Part shown: positions 13,445 to 25,924 of the stretch, piece after piece
How the letters are laid out: the number at the start of each line of letters is the position of its first letter
Position numbering within the stretch: position 1 is the first letter of the stretch
Source: Klebsormidium nitens
Lineage: Eukaryota > Plantae > Klebsormidiophyceae
Length of the DNA: 64,000 nucleotides
Assembly (NCBI GenBank): GCA_000708835.1
Contig: DF236973.1
Span: 170,699-234,698, forward strand
Direction of reading: 5' to 3'
Notes under the pieces: model-generated
Databases searched by the model: none
Told to the model about the DNA's origin: nothing
What the model saw: the letters and a program-made list of their open reading frames with translations, nothing else
Made by a program: the position numbers and the translations under genes

Positions 13445-16097
13445 CTAAGACGACTTCGATGAGATGGCCTCTTTTGTGTCGGACTTCACGGTCTTCTCGA
13501 CCTTGTCGATGGGGACTATGGGGAAGAGCTCGAACAAGGGCTTCACAACCGGGTAGTTGGCATCCTTGATGGTGCCCACAACGTCGTTGTACATCTCCGC
13601 ACCGAATTTGGCCACAGGAAACGCGAGCTCAACGGCCTGCAAAGTTGAAAACTCCCTTCTTAGCTCGAACCTGTTTGCCCAATGACCGTTGACCAAATGA
13701 GAATAAAATTGGTCATCGTCCAGATCAAAGGACCCCGACTCCGCACTGAAAGTGGCCAAGGGAGGAACAATGCTTGATTCAGAGGATAATACTCGACTGA
13801 TGCAGAAGAGCGGCGAGATTGAACATGCGGCAGAGCACACTAGCTCTACAGTCTGTAGTTACACACAAAATGGATGTCATTGCACTCTAAAGTGGACTCT
13901 ACCTCGTGTCTGCATGCAGAAGCTTTCAAAACCCTCCAAGACCGTGGACCAGTTCATCCCTCGCGTACCAAATCACCACTCAAATAAGCAGATCAACTTG
14001 CCTTGTTCTCCATTCTTATCAGGCGCCAGACATCGCTCCAATACTACCCTGAATACAACAAGGCCCTCACATCACTGCAATCTTCCTACCTACTTCACCT
14101 TCAGAAAACTATTCCAAAACTCGTCCAAAATTCGACCTGTACGAACCCAGGGAACTCACATGCGGGCTACGGAAGCCGCTAAGTCGTCTACCGCTGGCAG
14201 CAGCAGATTCCTAATGACGTCAGACAGGACACCGTTCCAAGACGTCAGCGCCTCACCTGGGGAACAAGCGGGAAACCGAGGCCAAACTTCCAGAGGCCGT
14301 ACGCCTTCTTCTCCACCCAGGGCTCGTACTTGCCGTAGTATGCCTTGGCAGCCTCAAATGGCCCGTGCTCCTGAACGTCAGTTACGACCTGCTTTCCGGC
14401 CCCCACAGTATCAAGAGCGGTGTCCCTGGCCTTGCCGACCAGACCGAGGGCGTAGTTGGCGGACTTCTTCCAGTAGCCGTGGTAGCTGTCCACAGTTTTC
14501 AGGGTTTGGTCAACCTAGTAAAGATCACCACGGTATGCTTCAGTAATTGACCAGATAATGTTATTTGATCTGTCTGAGGAATGTGTACCAGGTGACTAAC
14601 CGAAAACGGATTAACGGCCGGTTTCTGAAGAAATATGATAGGAGATGACTAAGCTGATCTTTTCTGAATGCTGAATAGCAATGAAAGCAAGTGCAATTAT
14701 GAACCCTGAAACTTGGCATGCAAAGCTGTAAGTTGGATTTAAGCACGACTTTGATGGCCTGATAGAGAGGTTTGCAAACTCATCATTTAAAAAAATTGTC
14801 TCCTCTAGCTTGGACCAGACCGAGCATCAAGATCTACAGAGCTTATTACGGATATTGAATGACAAGAAAGATCCTTAGCCCAATTCCAAGAAAAACAATA
14901 TGAAGATCAATTACAACCGGTTTAACTCTGTTGAACAACTCAGGCTCGACAACAGCTTGGCATTCATGGATGAATCTACATCAATAACACAACCACGAGT
15001 TGGGACATAAGAACAGAACTTCAAGCAGAAGCATCCATCAGATGCGCCGTTGCCGTAGATCTGATAAGGGCTGCAAATCTGGTCGCCTATCTATGAGCTC
15101 TAAGTCCTTTCTAGATTCAATGTGGAAGCTGGGCCCGTCTTCACACAAAAGTAGAGCACAAGAGAGACGCATGCTTGTCTGTTGGATACGAGCACAAACT
15201 GACCGTGCGCGAGGAAATTGCAGGATATTTTTGGAAGACTACTCCCTCACCTTCTTGTCAGCAAACACCAGGAGCTTCTGGGGCTTGTCCTCTGTGGCCT
15301 CATAGACTGGTTTGAGATACTTCCACGCGGTTGACTCTACTGACTCAAAGTAGGGCTGCGCCTGAGGAACAGCGCTCTTGCCATGCTTGTAGAGGGACTG
15401 GAAGTATGCCGCCAGCTTGATGGCATACAACCGGAAGAACCCCAGGTACTTCAACTCGGGCCCAGTCTCCTGAAACAAACCCAGGAGCAAGGAGCGTCAG
15501 TAGCGCATATCATGCTGCAGAAGCAACTGCCTCAACTTGTTGAACTAACCAATTTAGATACGATCAGAATCCCTGCCTCGATCACTGACAAGAACACCTG
15601 CTCCTTCGGGTTTTGGGGAAAGTTACAATTCAGAGACCACAACTCCGATCTTGGTGTGCTTCTCTTTGGAAAACTCTATTGCAGTTCCCACACTTGGCTG
15701 TACGCCTTGTTTGGACTATTGTTCTCTCCATGCATCCTGAGCTCTAATTACCCTCGGATAGTATACATTTTCAAACTTCTACAAGAACCTAGAAAATCAA
15801 CGTCCGTCCGTCTTGGCGTCTGTCTTGGCAGACCACGAAGTATAAGTCCTTCATGCATGCAAGGTAGCCCAACCTGTAGCAAGCAACTGTAAATTCGTAA
15901 TTACACACCACTGGCTCCCTTGCAAGCAAACTTTTGGTGAACTCTGGCAAGCATCGTCCGACAACAAAGTGAGGTGTTGCCAACTTCAAAAGCAGCTGTG
16001 ATTCCTTTCAGGCTCTCAAACCAGAACAAAGTCTTGAGATTCTTACCTTTACAGGAACAGGGGGGGCTCCCGACGATGACTGCGCCTCAGACGACAT
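13445..16097 (-). CDS. Rubber elongation factor / small rubber particle protein family (LDAP-type lipid droplet protein), 239 aa, 4 exons
   Basis: Exons 16097-16047 (MSSEAQSSSGAPPVPVK), 15469-15251 (ELKYLGFFRLYAIK...LLVFADKK), 14514-14257 (VDQTL...AAKAYYGKYEPWVEKKAYGLWKFGLGFPLVPQ) and 13636-13445 (AVELAFPVAKFGAEMYND...LFPIVPIDKVEK...*), all phase 0. LKYLGF, L.F.DKKVD, Y.KYEP, FP..PQV and P.VP..KI are REF/SRPP hallmarks. Confidence 0.9.
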
Positions 16098-16841
16098 CTT
16101 CACAAGTACACTAATCACCACTTTCTGGATTGACAAAGGCTGGCTCGCAACGTACGCCAATTGTAACTTGTAAGCCCTTTCTTGCTTCTTCGCCCTCTTG
16201 ATCAGGACGCCACAGGTTTCCTTTGAAGAATCAGACGACAGTTGCTGGGTAGAATTTTCTGAGCAACTTGGCTTCCAGATCTTGGCTGACTCATCAAGTG
16301 GCGGCACCTGACATGATCAGACATGTGAAAACCTTCTGCTACACAAGGAACGGCTTCTTTCACCATGAACGAGGGCGCATTTACATCTTGCGCTTCGGGC
16401 ACGCTACCCCAGCAATACGGTGCTTTCACTTTCCCGGGCTGTTCTACATTGAAAGTATGTCGTCGAAAGCAGGCTGGCAGAGGCGCTCGGAAATGACCCC
16501 CGCTGGATGCATTTCAAACCGTCGATGAGCTTAGTGGCCAATAAAAGCTGCCCAGGTGGCCAGAATGTCATGGGGCCATAAGTGCTTACTCTGCGATACC
16601 GAAACCAGTAGCATCGACCTACCATATGCGCATTGAGCGCCCTTCCGCTTATAAACCATTATCGCATGTCAACAATGAGCATTACCAGGTGCACTCAGTT
16701 TTTCGCCTCCATCTAGATCAGCGCTGTGTCAATTTGCCCGGCCGCGGCGCATCTGCCCGGCCGCGCAGCAGGGCGCCGCTGGCTGCAGCTCTCAGAGTCA
16801 ATGTCATCTGTAGCCTTATAGGCGCTTATGCCAATGGGCGT

Positions 16842-16930
16842 TCAGAGTCAAGAGTCAGAGTCAGAGTCAGAGTCAGAGTCATGGGCGCTCAGAGTCAGAG
16901 TCAATTGGCTCACGCTACGGCCTTATAAAA
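16842..16930 (+). promoter_or_regulatory. (TCAGAG)n microsatellite followed by a TATAAAA box in the divergent REF/GnT-I intergenic region
   Basis: Tandem cagagt units at 16842-16902, CCAAT at ~16831, TATAAAA at 16924-16930, about 300 nt upstream of the GnT-I ATG. Confidence 0.45.
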
Positions 16931-17229
16931 GAAGCATACATTGAACAGTGAACGTGACATTGAAGGAGGCCCTGGTTCTCGCTTGACCGAGTTTGGTAGC
17001 CCATGAGTGGGTGCAATTTAGTAAAAGGGGAGGGCTGTGGATCACTGCGGTGACTTGAGGGTACATACGAATGTTTCCTCTTCAAATACGCTTGCGACCA
17101 GCTCAGCGCGGCTGCCTTGAATGTAGTAAGATGACAACTTCACAAGGAGAGGAAGAGCAGCGACGGAGGATCTTGCAATTGACTCACTGCTAGCATCACT
17201 TCAGCTGTCGCTGAGATTTCGCGGGCCAC

Positions 17230-20200
17230 ATGGCACGCACAGTGACTTACGTGCAGTTTGCCCTTGCTCTGGCGCTATTCATGTTTGCATTGGTGCAGGT
17301 CAGTCTTCCTTTTTCCTCTCCAACCTCTTCTGGCTTGTGTGTTGCACTTCGTTGTTGGTTGATTCAGGAGATCTAGATTTGGCAGGGCCTTTTCAGCGCT
17401 GCAAAAGGGCGCGTTCTCCACTTCAGTGACCGCCAATCTGAGACTTTGAGCCCCTTCAAAGGACAGCATCTTGTGAAGGTGGTATGCAAATGTAGTCCTT
17501 CTGTGTAGTTCAACTTCGGTCATGCCGCCTACTGCACAAAGTCTGCACACAGTGGCCATCTCATCTTGCACGATTAGAGCAGGCAAAAGTTTCTCTGGTT
17601 TGGATATCCTGATCTGACTGTATGCTGGACGTGAAGCAGATTATACTCTCTGCATATTGCTGTGCAGTTTGAGCTGTGGAACTTGAAGAGCAGCAATGTG
17701 GGACAGGTAAGTGTGGTCTTACTGGCTTGATTCCATAACGAGTAGAAAGTTGGGGTGAGGGGGATCCCTGATAGGGGGAATGATTGCCCCACAGTTTAGT
17801 GCAACGACTTTCCAGCGTTCACTGAACATTGAAATGTAGAACACGACTGTTGGTGCTCTAACCCTGTTACGAATTTGGGCGTGTCCAAAACGAAGTCATT
17901 GTAGGCAGCCTGCAGAGCCCCCCCTTGCGGACTCAAACAATCTGGTTACTCCCCCTCTTTTGCGGTGTGAGAGTTACTCTGAACAGCGGTGAGAGTCGAG
18001 AGACACCTTGATCTGACGCTGGCCGCTTCCACAAGCGGATTCTCTGCTTTTCAATTGTTCGCAGGCTTCTGTGGGACGGAAACTGAAGGCTCAGATACGA
18101 CTTCCTGACAGCAAACTAACTCCAGAGCCTAACAAGTTGAAAGCGTTGGAAAAGGAGGCGCCAATCGCGGCGGTGGTGGTAGTAGCCTGCAACAGGCCTG
18201 ACTACTTGGAGAGGACAATCCAGGGGATCTTGAAGTCAGTTCAATATTTCAAACCAAGACTAAACGTCCCTTCAGCGCTTGCAAATATCATAGCAACACT
18301 TCTCTGGAAGAGTCGTGCCCCGCCGCTCAGTTGCGAATGTTCAGTGCCCAACGTTGTCTATCTTTGGAACACTGTGAACCAAAGTACTGGTGTTTTTGAA
18401 GAGCCGCTAATGAGAAGAAGGATTGCTTTTAGGTTTTGTGATGGTTCCTTATTGAATTTAACCTGTTTGACTGGGCCTGGTTCGACTTGACCTTGGGGGA
18501 CACATTGTCTCTAGTCTCGAATTCTTGGAGCGGTGCTGAAAGAAGCACTTTCTGGAGCTAGGGGACGTTCAGGAGTCTTAAAACGACAAGAACTCAGCCG
18601 AAGTCCTTCAGATAGTGTTGGAGATAATTCCTTGATTACAGAAAGTTTGCGCCTGGCAGTTTCTTTCGTGGCCGCCAGCTCAAGTTGGCAGATAGTAATG
18701 GATTAAGTGTTGCTTCCTCCTTGGACTCACTGGTCCTCATATAGGCAGGCACTTCGCTTAAGGATGTCCGAAACTTAGCTTTGCCCCTTGTGGATCCCAA
18801 GGCATTGCTGGCTCCGAACCCTGTCTTTCTGTTTAAAAAATTCAACTTATGAAGCTAGAGGAAGGTGACACTGCAACCACGTAAATGACCCTCAAAGTAA
18901 CCTCGTTGCAGATTTCATACATCGAGTAGCAAGTTCCCGTTGTTCATTTCACAGGTGAGTTGTGCTTGCCCTGATGGGTTGCTGGCCCAACCGGCTTATA
19001 TCTTCTCAGTTTCAAAATTCTGGCCGATTTTAGCCCATTGAATAAGCTTGAAACGCTAACTCACAAGTAGGTCCTTCTTTTAATAGTCTGCCCAGGCTTG
19101 CAATTGCGCTTACATTGAAAGTAAGTGTAGGACTTCTCGTGATACTTGTGACTTATCACCGGTACGGATCGAGGGAGTGAGTGTCCGTTACTCGGAGCCG
19201 AGCAATTTTTAGGAAAAAGGTTCATCTTCTTATCTGAGAAATCTCTGGTTCGATACTAAACGTGGACGACATATATTTTTCTTTGTCGGATGCTGGGACG
19301 GTCTTCAGGAAGCCCTGCGCATACTCCCGCCTTGTGAAAGAGCGTTGAGGTGTGGTTCATACTTTCAATATTGAAAAGACAAACATCATGAATCCCTTAT
19401 ACTTGACAATCTGATTTGTCCTTTTCGCTCTCAAGCATCCGCTTTCTTCCAGGATGGGACAAACGCCGAAGTCAAGGCAGTCGCGCAAAAATACGCACAC
19501 TTTGAGCATTTTCAGGTGAGCTGACTATCAGAAATTCGACGCATTTCCTACACTCGTAAACCACTCATGGCTGCTCACTCACCTCCCTGTTGCGATCTCA
19601 ACAAGCTTTACTTAGGTCCCTGGGGACCGCTTTCAGGCTACTCTAACCGTCGATCTGCATCCATCCTCTTTGTCGGAGGCCTGTAACCCTCCCGAATTGT
19701 GTATCCTTTAGCCGTTTTAGGCATAGGCTTCGTTCTTCCGGTCGTCAGAAGCGCCCGGTTGAAGTGACTGGTGTAGATTCAAGGTCTGAGCTTTGCAGCA
19801 TCTAGTGATCTGGCGCGGACTTCGGTCTTCAAGCGAACTCCAAAGCGCAGCGTACACGGCAATCCATCACGAAGTCCGTGCAATCTGCAACTCAAACGCG
19901 CCCCGATCAAGCGTCTGATGCTCATCGAGCCGTCTGTCGTTGCAGCATATAGAGTCACAACCGCCGCAGATGGAGGCGGGACACCCGCAGTCCTGGCTCT
20001 CGTACTACAGAATAGCAGGTGAGCGGGTTTTCCAAACCAGCTTCGGAGCGGCAGCATCGGCTCGCCGTCGCGAGTTACCGAAAGGAGCCTAGTACAGGGG
20101 GATCACTTAAGTTCACGATGGCCAAAATGTTGCGCAGCACTCTGATAATATCATCACAGCCTCAGTCTGCAATATGTGGCCATGAGCAGCTCAATCGCAT

Positions 20201-23200
20201 CCAGACACGTCTCCGCAAATGGTCTGGCCAAACACGACAAAACCCTTGACTAACAATAATTTTGGAGCGTTGTTTCTGATATTTGAAGATAGACGGTAGT
20301 AACACGAGTTCGAGCTGTCCCCAGCCATTCCAATTCTGTGCTCTGCCTGTGACAAAATTGAGAGCCGACCGAATAGCAGGCCTTCGTAATTTTTTGACCT
20401 TAGAAGATGCTGGCAGCAATCGAGCTGGCATGCTCTTACATGAATCTCTTCAAGTTCTGAAAGAAGTGGCGGCAAACGCATTCTGTTCAGCAGAGCAGCG
20501 CATGATGTTGGCAATTGCATCTCGTGTGAAGATTACGAGGACCTCGAAAGGCCGGCCGAAGGTCATTTTTTCGACGCCTCTCACGCCTTGTTTTGCTACT
20601 ACATCCACGGCCGATTGGCCGGTTGCTGTTTTGCCCGGGAGAGTCGGACTTGGCGGCTGAACATTCATCGGTGCCGCGTAGTCTGATAGAGAGCTGAGGG
20701 CCCATGAGAAACGGGTTTCGTTCCTGTAGATCGAACATGCACATTCGAACAACATTCGCATTCCAATAAGCTCAAAGTTGTGCTCCGTTGCGCAGACCAC
20801 TACAAGTACGTGTTTACGAGGATCTTCGAGGAGCGCAAGTTCCAGCGAATCATCATCCTCGAAGGTACGGCTTTCCTCAGCCTTTTCGTTATGACGGACT
20901 CGTTCGCCCTTGATTGGCCGCTCGAAAACGGTCTGCGTTTCTTGGGCGATCTGCTTCGACCCTTGGGCATAAGCTCGGAGCTTCCTTGATCGATTCGAGG
21001 CTTTTAAGAAGTTATACCTGACACTTCATGGACTTTTATGGCCATGCTCGATAGTCTGTCCTCAACCTCTGGGGTTTCCCGCGCTCGACCGACAGGGTTG
21101 GTAAGTATGTATACTACTGGGCTCGTAAAGTTCTCGAGCCACTTCGTGCGGGCATGGTTCACGAATTGGTGCCAACAGCTCGACTGCCTCTTCTGTTATG
21201 TGTACGATATTTGTGACCAGATTCGAATGCTTTTGCTGCAGATGATATGGAGGTCGCGGTCGACTTTTTCGACTACTTTGAGGCGTTGGCGCCAATTCTG
21301 GACAGGGACGAATCGCTCTACGCGGTCTCGTCGTGGAACGACAACGGGCAAAAACAGTTCGTACATGACCCAGGTAAGCGAACGTGTCGACTTGTCTTTA
21401 GACACCATCTTGCATGTTGAGAGTTCGCGTGACTCTTCGACCCTTTCCGCGGGGATGGCTGGTCTATGATCGAGTCTTTGTGGGAAGTCAGTAATGTGTC
21501 GAACTGAACTCGCTCTTCCACAGAGGACGGAAACGCATCGTGGGACCCATCGAGACCTTGTTGGGATAAGGACAGACTCTGGTAAATCGCATGTCACTCA
21601 AGAGGCGTGTGTTTTATGCTAGGCGCCTGGGAGACGGGTGGGGTTACTAGGGTGGTTAAGGTGGGTTCGGAAGCGGTTGGTAGGGTGGTTAGGGTGTTTC
21701 GGGGGCTGGAGCACGTAGATCTGGGGTTTATGTTTTTGGTTTATGTACCCCAGGAACTCGACTTTCAAGTCATGCGCCCGTTACGTCACATAAGACAACT
21801 TACAGTGGTCTGAAACGCTCCTAAAGCAGGTTTGCTAGGAAGGAAAAAGCAGGGAGGTCTTGAAAACTGCAATTACTGGCTGGAGTAAAAGGTGACATGA
21901 AACCCTGTCATGAGCAGCTAAAAAGAGGGGGTTCAAACGGCTGGCATGTGGATCTCGTACGGACGAAACTTCAGTCCCTTGTTATCCTCCACTTTCTCTC
22001 CCCATCTTCCTTACGCCTACTTAACCACTACCAACCCCAATCCTTTTACAGAGGCCGTCTACCGGTCGGACTTCTTCCCCGGGTTGGGCTGGATGATGCC
22101 CCGGCGCATGTGGGCGGAGCTGGGCCCCAAGTGGCCCAAGGCGTTCTGGGACGACTGGATGCGCCTCAAGGACGTCCGAAACGGACGGCAGACCATCTTC
22201 CCCGAGATCTGCCGCAACTACAACTTCGGGGAGCACGTGAGTGGGCTCTTCTTGTTTTAAACAGCTTGGAAAAAATAACACTTAGACAAAACAAAAAAGC
22301 AATCAAAAATAGAAGCCTAGAACGTGTAGAGCGGGCGGCAGACCATCTTTTTCGGAGATCTGCCGCAACTACAAATCTGGGGAGCACGTGAGTAGCCTTT
22401 CTTGGATTGAGTACCTAGGTCTTGAGGATTCCAAGAAACAGAAAGCCCAGGACGTCCGAAATGGACGGCATCTTCCCAGAGGTCTGCCGCAACTACAACC
22501 TCGGGGAGCACGTGAGTGAGCTGTCCGAGGCTCACACCTCAAGAAAGCTTCGACTATTCTCGAAAAGGTAATATCAGAGGCTCTCCGAAGCAGACCATCA
22601 TCCTGGGTATCACCGGAACACTGACGTTCACAAATCCGCAGAATTACGTCAGCCCGGTTCCCTCGAATCCGGGTGGTGCACTCTCAACCTTACCAGCACC
22701 TGAATGGCCGTGGCCGCTTCTCCAACCCCAAATACCAATAGAAGGTCGGAAACTTCATGCATTTTACGTCAAGCCATAGGGCGGCACCGCGCGGCAGACT
22801 ACCTTCCCCTGAATCGTGCCGTGAGAAGCACCTCGGAAGAGCACATGCGGTAGTCTTCCCGCTGCCTTTTTGACACATAGCGCGTCTAAGAATCTGTTTC
22901 TTAAAAGCTCGCCTCAGAAGAGCCAGAATACAATGGTGCCACCCCAGAGGAAAGACTGCTTCACATGGTAGTGTGGTCTGAGGATTTCGGGTTGGCCGAA
23001 AGTAGGACGTTGGACGGATCGAACCGGGAGAAGACTAGGGCTGGAGAAGCTGTTGATATGAATCACCAAAAGATACTCCTCGACAGTGCATCTCAGCACC
23101 GAAGCCAAGCTCAAGTTCGAAGAGGCTACTTGACCCGCACGATGTGTGCCCTGCGACCATTGGACGGTCCAGGATCAGGAATCGCGGTCGAGACATGATA

Positions 23201-25924
23201 AGCTGGTGTGAATTCTGACGTGAAGAGCTGTGCGACCGGATCACAGAACTCTGATGCTCTCGTTTGCCAATTTGCAGGGCTCCAGTTTAGGGCAGTATTT
23301 CGAGCAGTACCTTCGTCCCATCCGGTTAAACACGGAGCCCGTGGACTGGAGCCAGAAAGACCTCACATATCTAGAACGGGTAAGGCTAGCATCTCCGGAT
23401 TCACCTCCTTGTCTTTGTGAGGCTCCATTTCGGCAATCGAGAAGGAGATTCGCTCACGCAAGGAGTTGCCGGTAAAGGACGGCCACACTGAGCTGGCAGT
23501 CCGCAGGTTTTCAAGTTGAAGCTCGCTGCCGCTACCTGGGTCCTATACCGAAGCTATGGCTGTTTCCGCTTACAAAAGTCCGGACGGGACAGTCAGACGT
23601 GTTCACGACGCCTCAATCTCGGTGGCTTACTAAAACGCAGTATGAGACCCCCCTAAGTCCTTGGTAACCCACGCGGCCCTAACTTCATAGAGCAGTGCAC
23701 GATGCCGACTGTTTGCTGAAGCTAAATACACCGTCAAGCGCCCTAGCAGGACGCCTTTTGAGCTCAATAAGCTTTATTATCCCGCTGCTCTTTGGAAGCT
23801 CGTTCACCTCTGCCCAAAACGATCCTGAGAAAGCCAGCACTGCTTGTTCCTGTGTTCTAACATTGGCTCGGGCCACTCGGTGTTCTTGAGACTCGCCAGC
23901 TAGCTCTCAGTTTTTAGTGCACATATGCGCGAACTTCTGTTCCGACTAAGATACCTTCGAAGCAGGGCTCCAAATGATCTCCCTTTTTTGTTTACTGCTG
24001 CAGACAGTCTTACACGCGAAGCCTCTCAGGCAGTAGAGCAAAGATATCATCCGTTAAAAAGCATCTTTCATTATCGAGAATACCGTCTCCGTATATGTCC
24101 ACCTTCAAGCCTTCGTCAGCGGCTTTGAGAAATACTGTCGCCCTTTCACCCCGTTCTGCAGGATGTGCATGCAGCCTTCCCCGGCGGCTGACGTCAGCAG
24201 CCATTGACGTCCAGTTATTTTCAGCAGCCGTTCAATAAATGTACCTCCCCGTAATCATGCTTATGCGCGAGCAGCTCACATTTGAGCAGCCTCCAGAAAA
24301 TCCTAATTTGTCACCAATCCTGGAAGTTGCTCCTCCCTTTGCAGGACCGGTATCCCGCATTCTTCGAGCGGCTGACGTCAGCGGCCACCGTCATCCCGGC
24401 GGATCGGGCGGGGGCGGCGGCCGCAGCGGAAGCGGGGGACGTGTTGGTCGAGTACGACGGGGAGAGCGAGCCGGCGTTCAAAGACGTGGCGCGGCACTTT
24501 GGGATATTCGAGGACTGGAAGGCGAGTCGATATTCATCCTAAAGGTCCCCCATTTCTTGAGATTCTCTTTACAAAACTTGATTCGCAAAAAGAGCAAACA
24601 AATCGTTCTGGTGAGGAGCGGACTTGTTCTGGCGAAGGCATCGGAAGGGAGGGCGAGCCACGTTTAAAGACGGGCGCGGCAGTGTGGGACTTTCGAAGAC
24701 TGGAAGGCAAGTCGACCATCATTCCTAGAATCCACCCTTTTCTTGAGGCTCTCTTTAGATCACGTGGTTGCAAAAAGTACGAAATCCTGCAACGGGTCTC
24801 GTGGATAGCGAACCTTATTGGTGGAAATTTTAACGGGAGGGCGAGCCGGCGTTCAAAGACGTGGCGCGGCGATCTTCAAGGACTGGAAGGCGAGTCGATG
24901 TTTTTTTCAAGTATCCGACTTTTCTTGAGACTCCTTTCAAATCCACAAGTACAAAGCAAATCGATGGTTCTGGTGAGGAGCGGACCATCCTGGTGAAGGT
25001 TTTTCAGGGAGACGAGCCGGCGTCAAAAGATGTGGCACGCAACTTGGAATCATCGAAGAGTGGAAGGCGAGTCGGAATTCATCCAAAAAGTCCATCTTTT
25101 CTTGAGGCTCTCTTTAAATTTGTGGTTGCAAAGGGGACGAGAGATGCCAACGGTGAAGAGGTGACTGCTCTGGTGAAAGGGCGAGTTGACTTTGAAGGCT
25201 GGAAGGCGGGTTGACCGTTTCTTTTCATCCATCTTTTGAAACCTTGTTTAATCCAAATGAGTCTCCCTTTGCACCTCATGATTGCAAGAGTACGAAGCAA
25301 ACGAGTGGGTTGAAGGCCGTTCTGGCGATGATCGTAAAAGAAAATCGAGACGTTTTTACAAGCCGTTAGATGGGGCTTTTCATGGGCTTCTAGAGCGGCC
25401 TTTACTGGGCCTTTAGAAGAACCTTTAAGTGAGCCTTTCGAGACCGGAACGCGGGGTCACCCTGGACCGTCCAAAATAGAATCGAAACCAACAGAGGCTG
25501 TGCGAATCCGGAAAAATGCCGATAATACTCTTTTGGGCAGGACCCTGTTCAGGCAAAACTCTCGCCGAGCATCTTTGTGGTAATAGGAAACGCCGATACA
25601 GCATTCAGTCACAAGATGACACGAGGAACATCAAAGTAGTTGCACGATAAAGAAGGCGCCGAGATTGAATGCGACTCTTGCAGTTCCGCCGTGTCTTCAT
25701 TCGGTGCTTGTTACCGCAACCTTTTGTGCCTAGGTAGTTGCGGCTTCCGACTGTTTTCAACCAGCGGAAGCTACCGCTAGGTATGTATGCCCACAACTAA
25801 TACTGCCCAGAATTGTGTGCGCTGGATGCAGGATGGAGTTCCCCGGACGGCTTTCCAAGGAGCCGTGACGTTTCGACTTGGTGGGCCAAGAAGGGTCATC
25901 ATCGCTCCGAGGAAAAGCAGCTAG
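17230..25924 (+). CDS. MGAT1: Alpha-1,3-mannosyl-glycoprotein beta-1,2-N-acetylglucosaminyltransferase (GnT-I, GT13), 12 exons
   Basis: Exons: 17230-17298 (type [27 protein letters not shown]), ~17669-17707, ~18065-18234 ([18 protein letters not shown]), ~18913-18955 (KFPLFISQ), ~19452-19514 (DG), ~19946-20018 (YYRIA), ~20796-20864 (HYK...IIILE), ~21242-21373 ([13 protein letters not shown]...VSSWNDNG), 22052-22236 ([12 protein letters not shown]...[11 protein letters not shown]), ~23278-23379 (GSSLGQYF), 24345-24521 (FGIFEDWK) and 25832-25924 ([10 protein letters not shown]...*). Includes the EDD motif. Confidence 0.97.
22333..22602 (+). repeat. Two degenerate tandem copies plus a fragment of the GnT-I exon-9 3' end and donor
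   Basis: The real junction ...ctgccgcaactacaacttcggggagcac|gtgagt (donor 22237) is repeated at 22333-22393 and 22449-22517. A gcagaccatc fragment lies at ~22590. Confidence 0.92.
24460..25215 (+). repeat. Roughly 180-bp tandem array: the GnT-I exon-11 3' end, GC donor and intron start, plus 4 degenerate copies
   Basis: tggaag|gc(g/a)(a/g)gt junctions at 24522 (real), 24707, 24890, 25067 and 25206. Shared internal motifs include gagcc(gg)cgt(t)caaagac, tttcttgag(g/a)ct and ctggtga(g)gag. Confidence 0.92.

Noticed and set aside
13752-14546. 264-aa plus-strand ORF
   Set aside because: Antisense shadow of REF/SRPP exon 3 and its intron; no protein-like features.
24460-25215. Regularly spaced repeats considered as a CRISPR-like array or as coding ORFs (24499-24996, 24861-25214)
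   Set aside because: The units are full tandem duplicates of an exon-intron junction with no unique spacers, the context is eukaryotic, and the ORFs are frameshifted copies.
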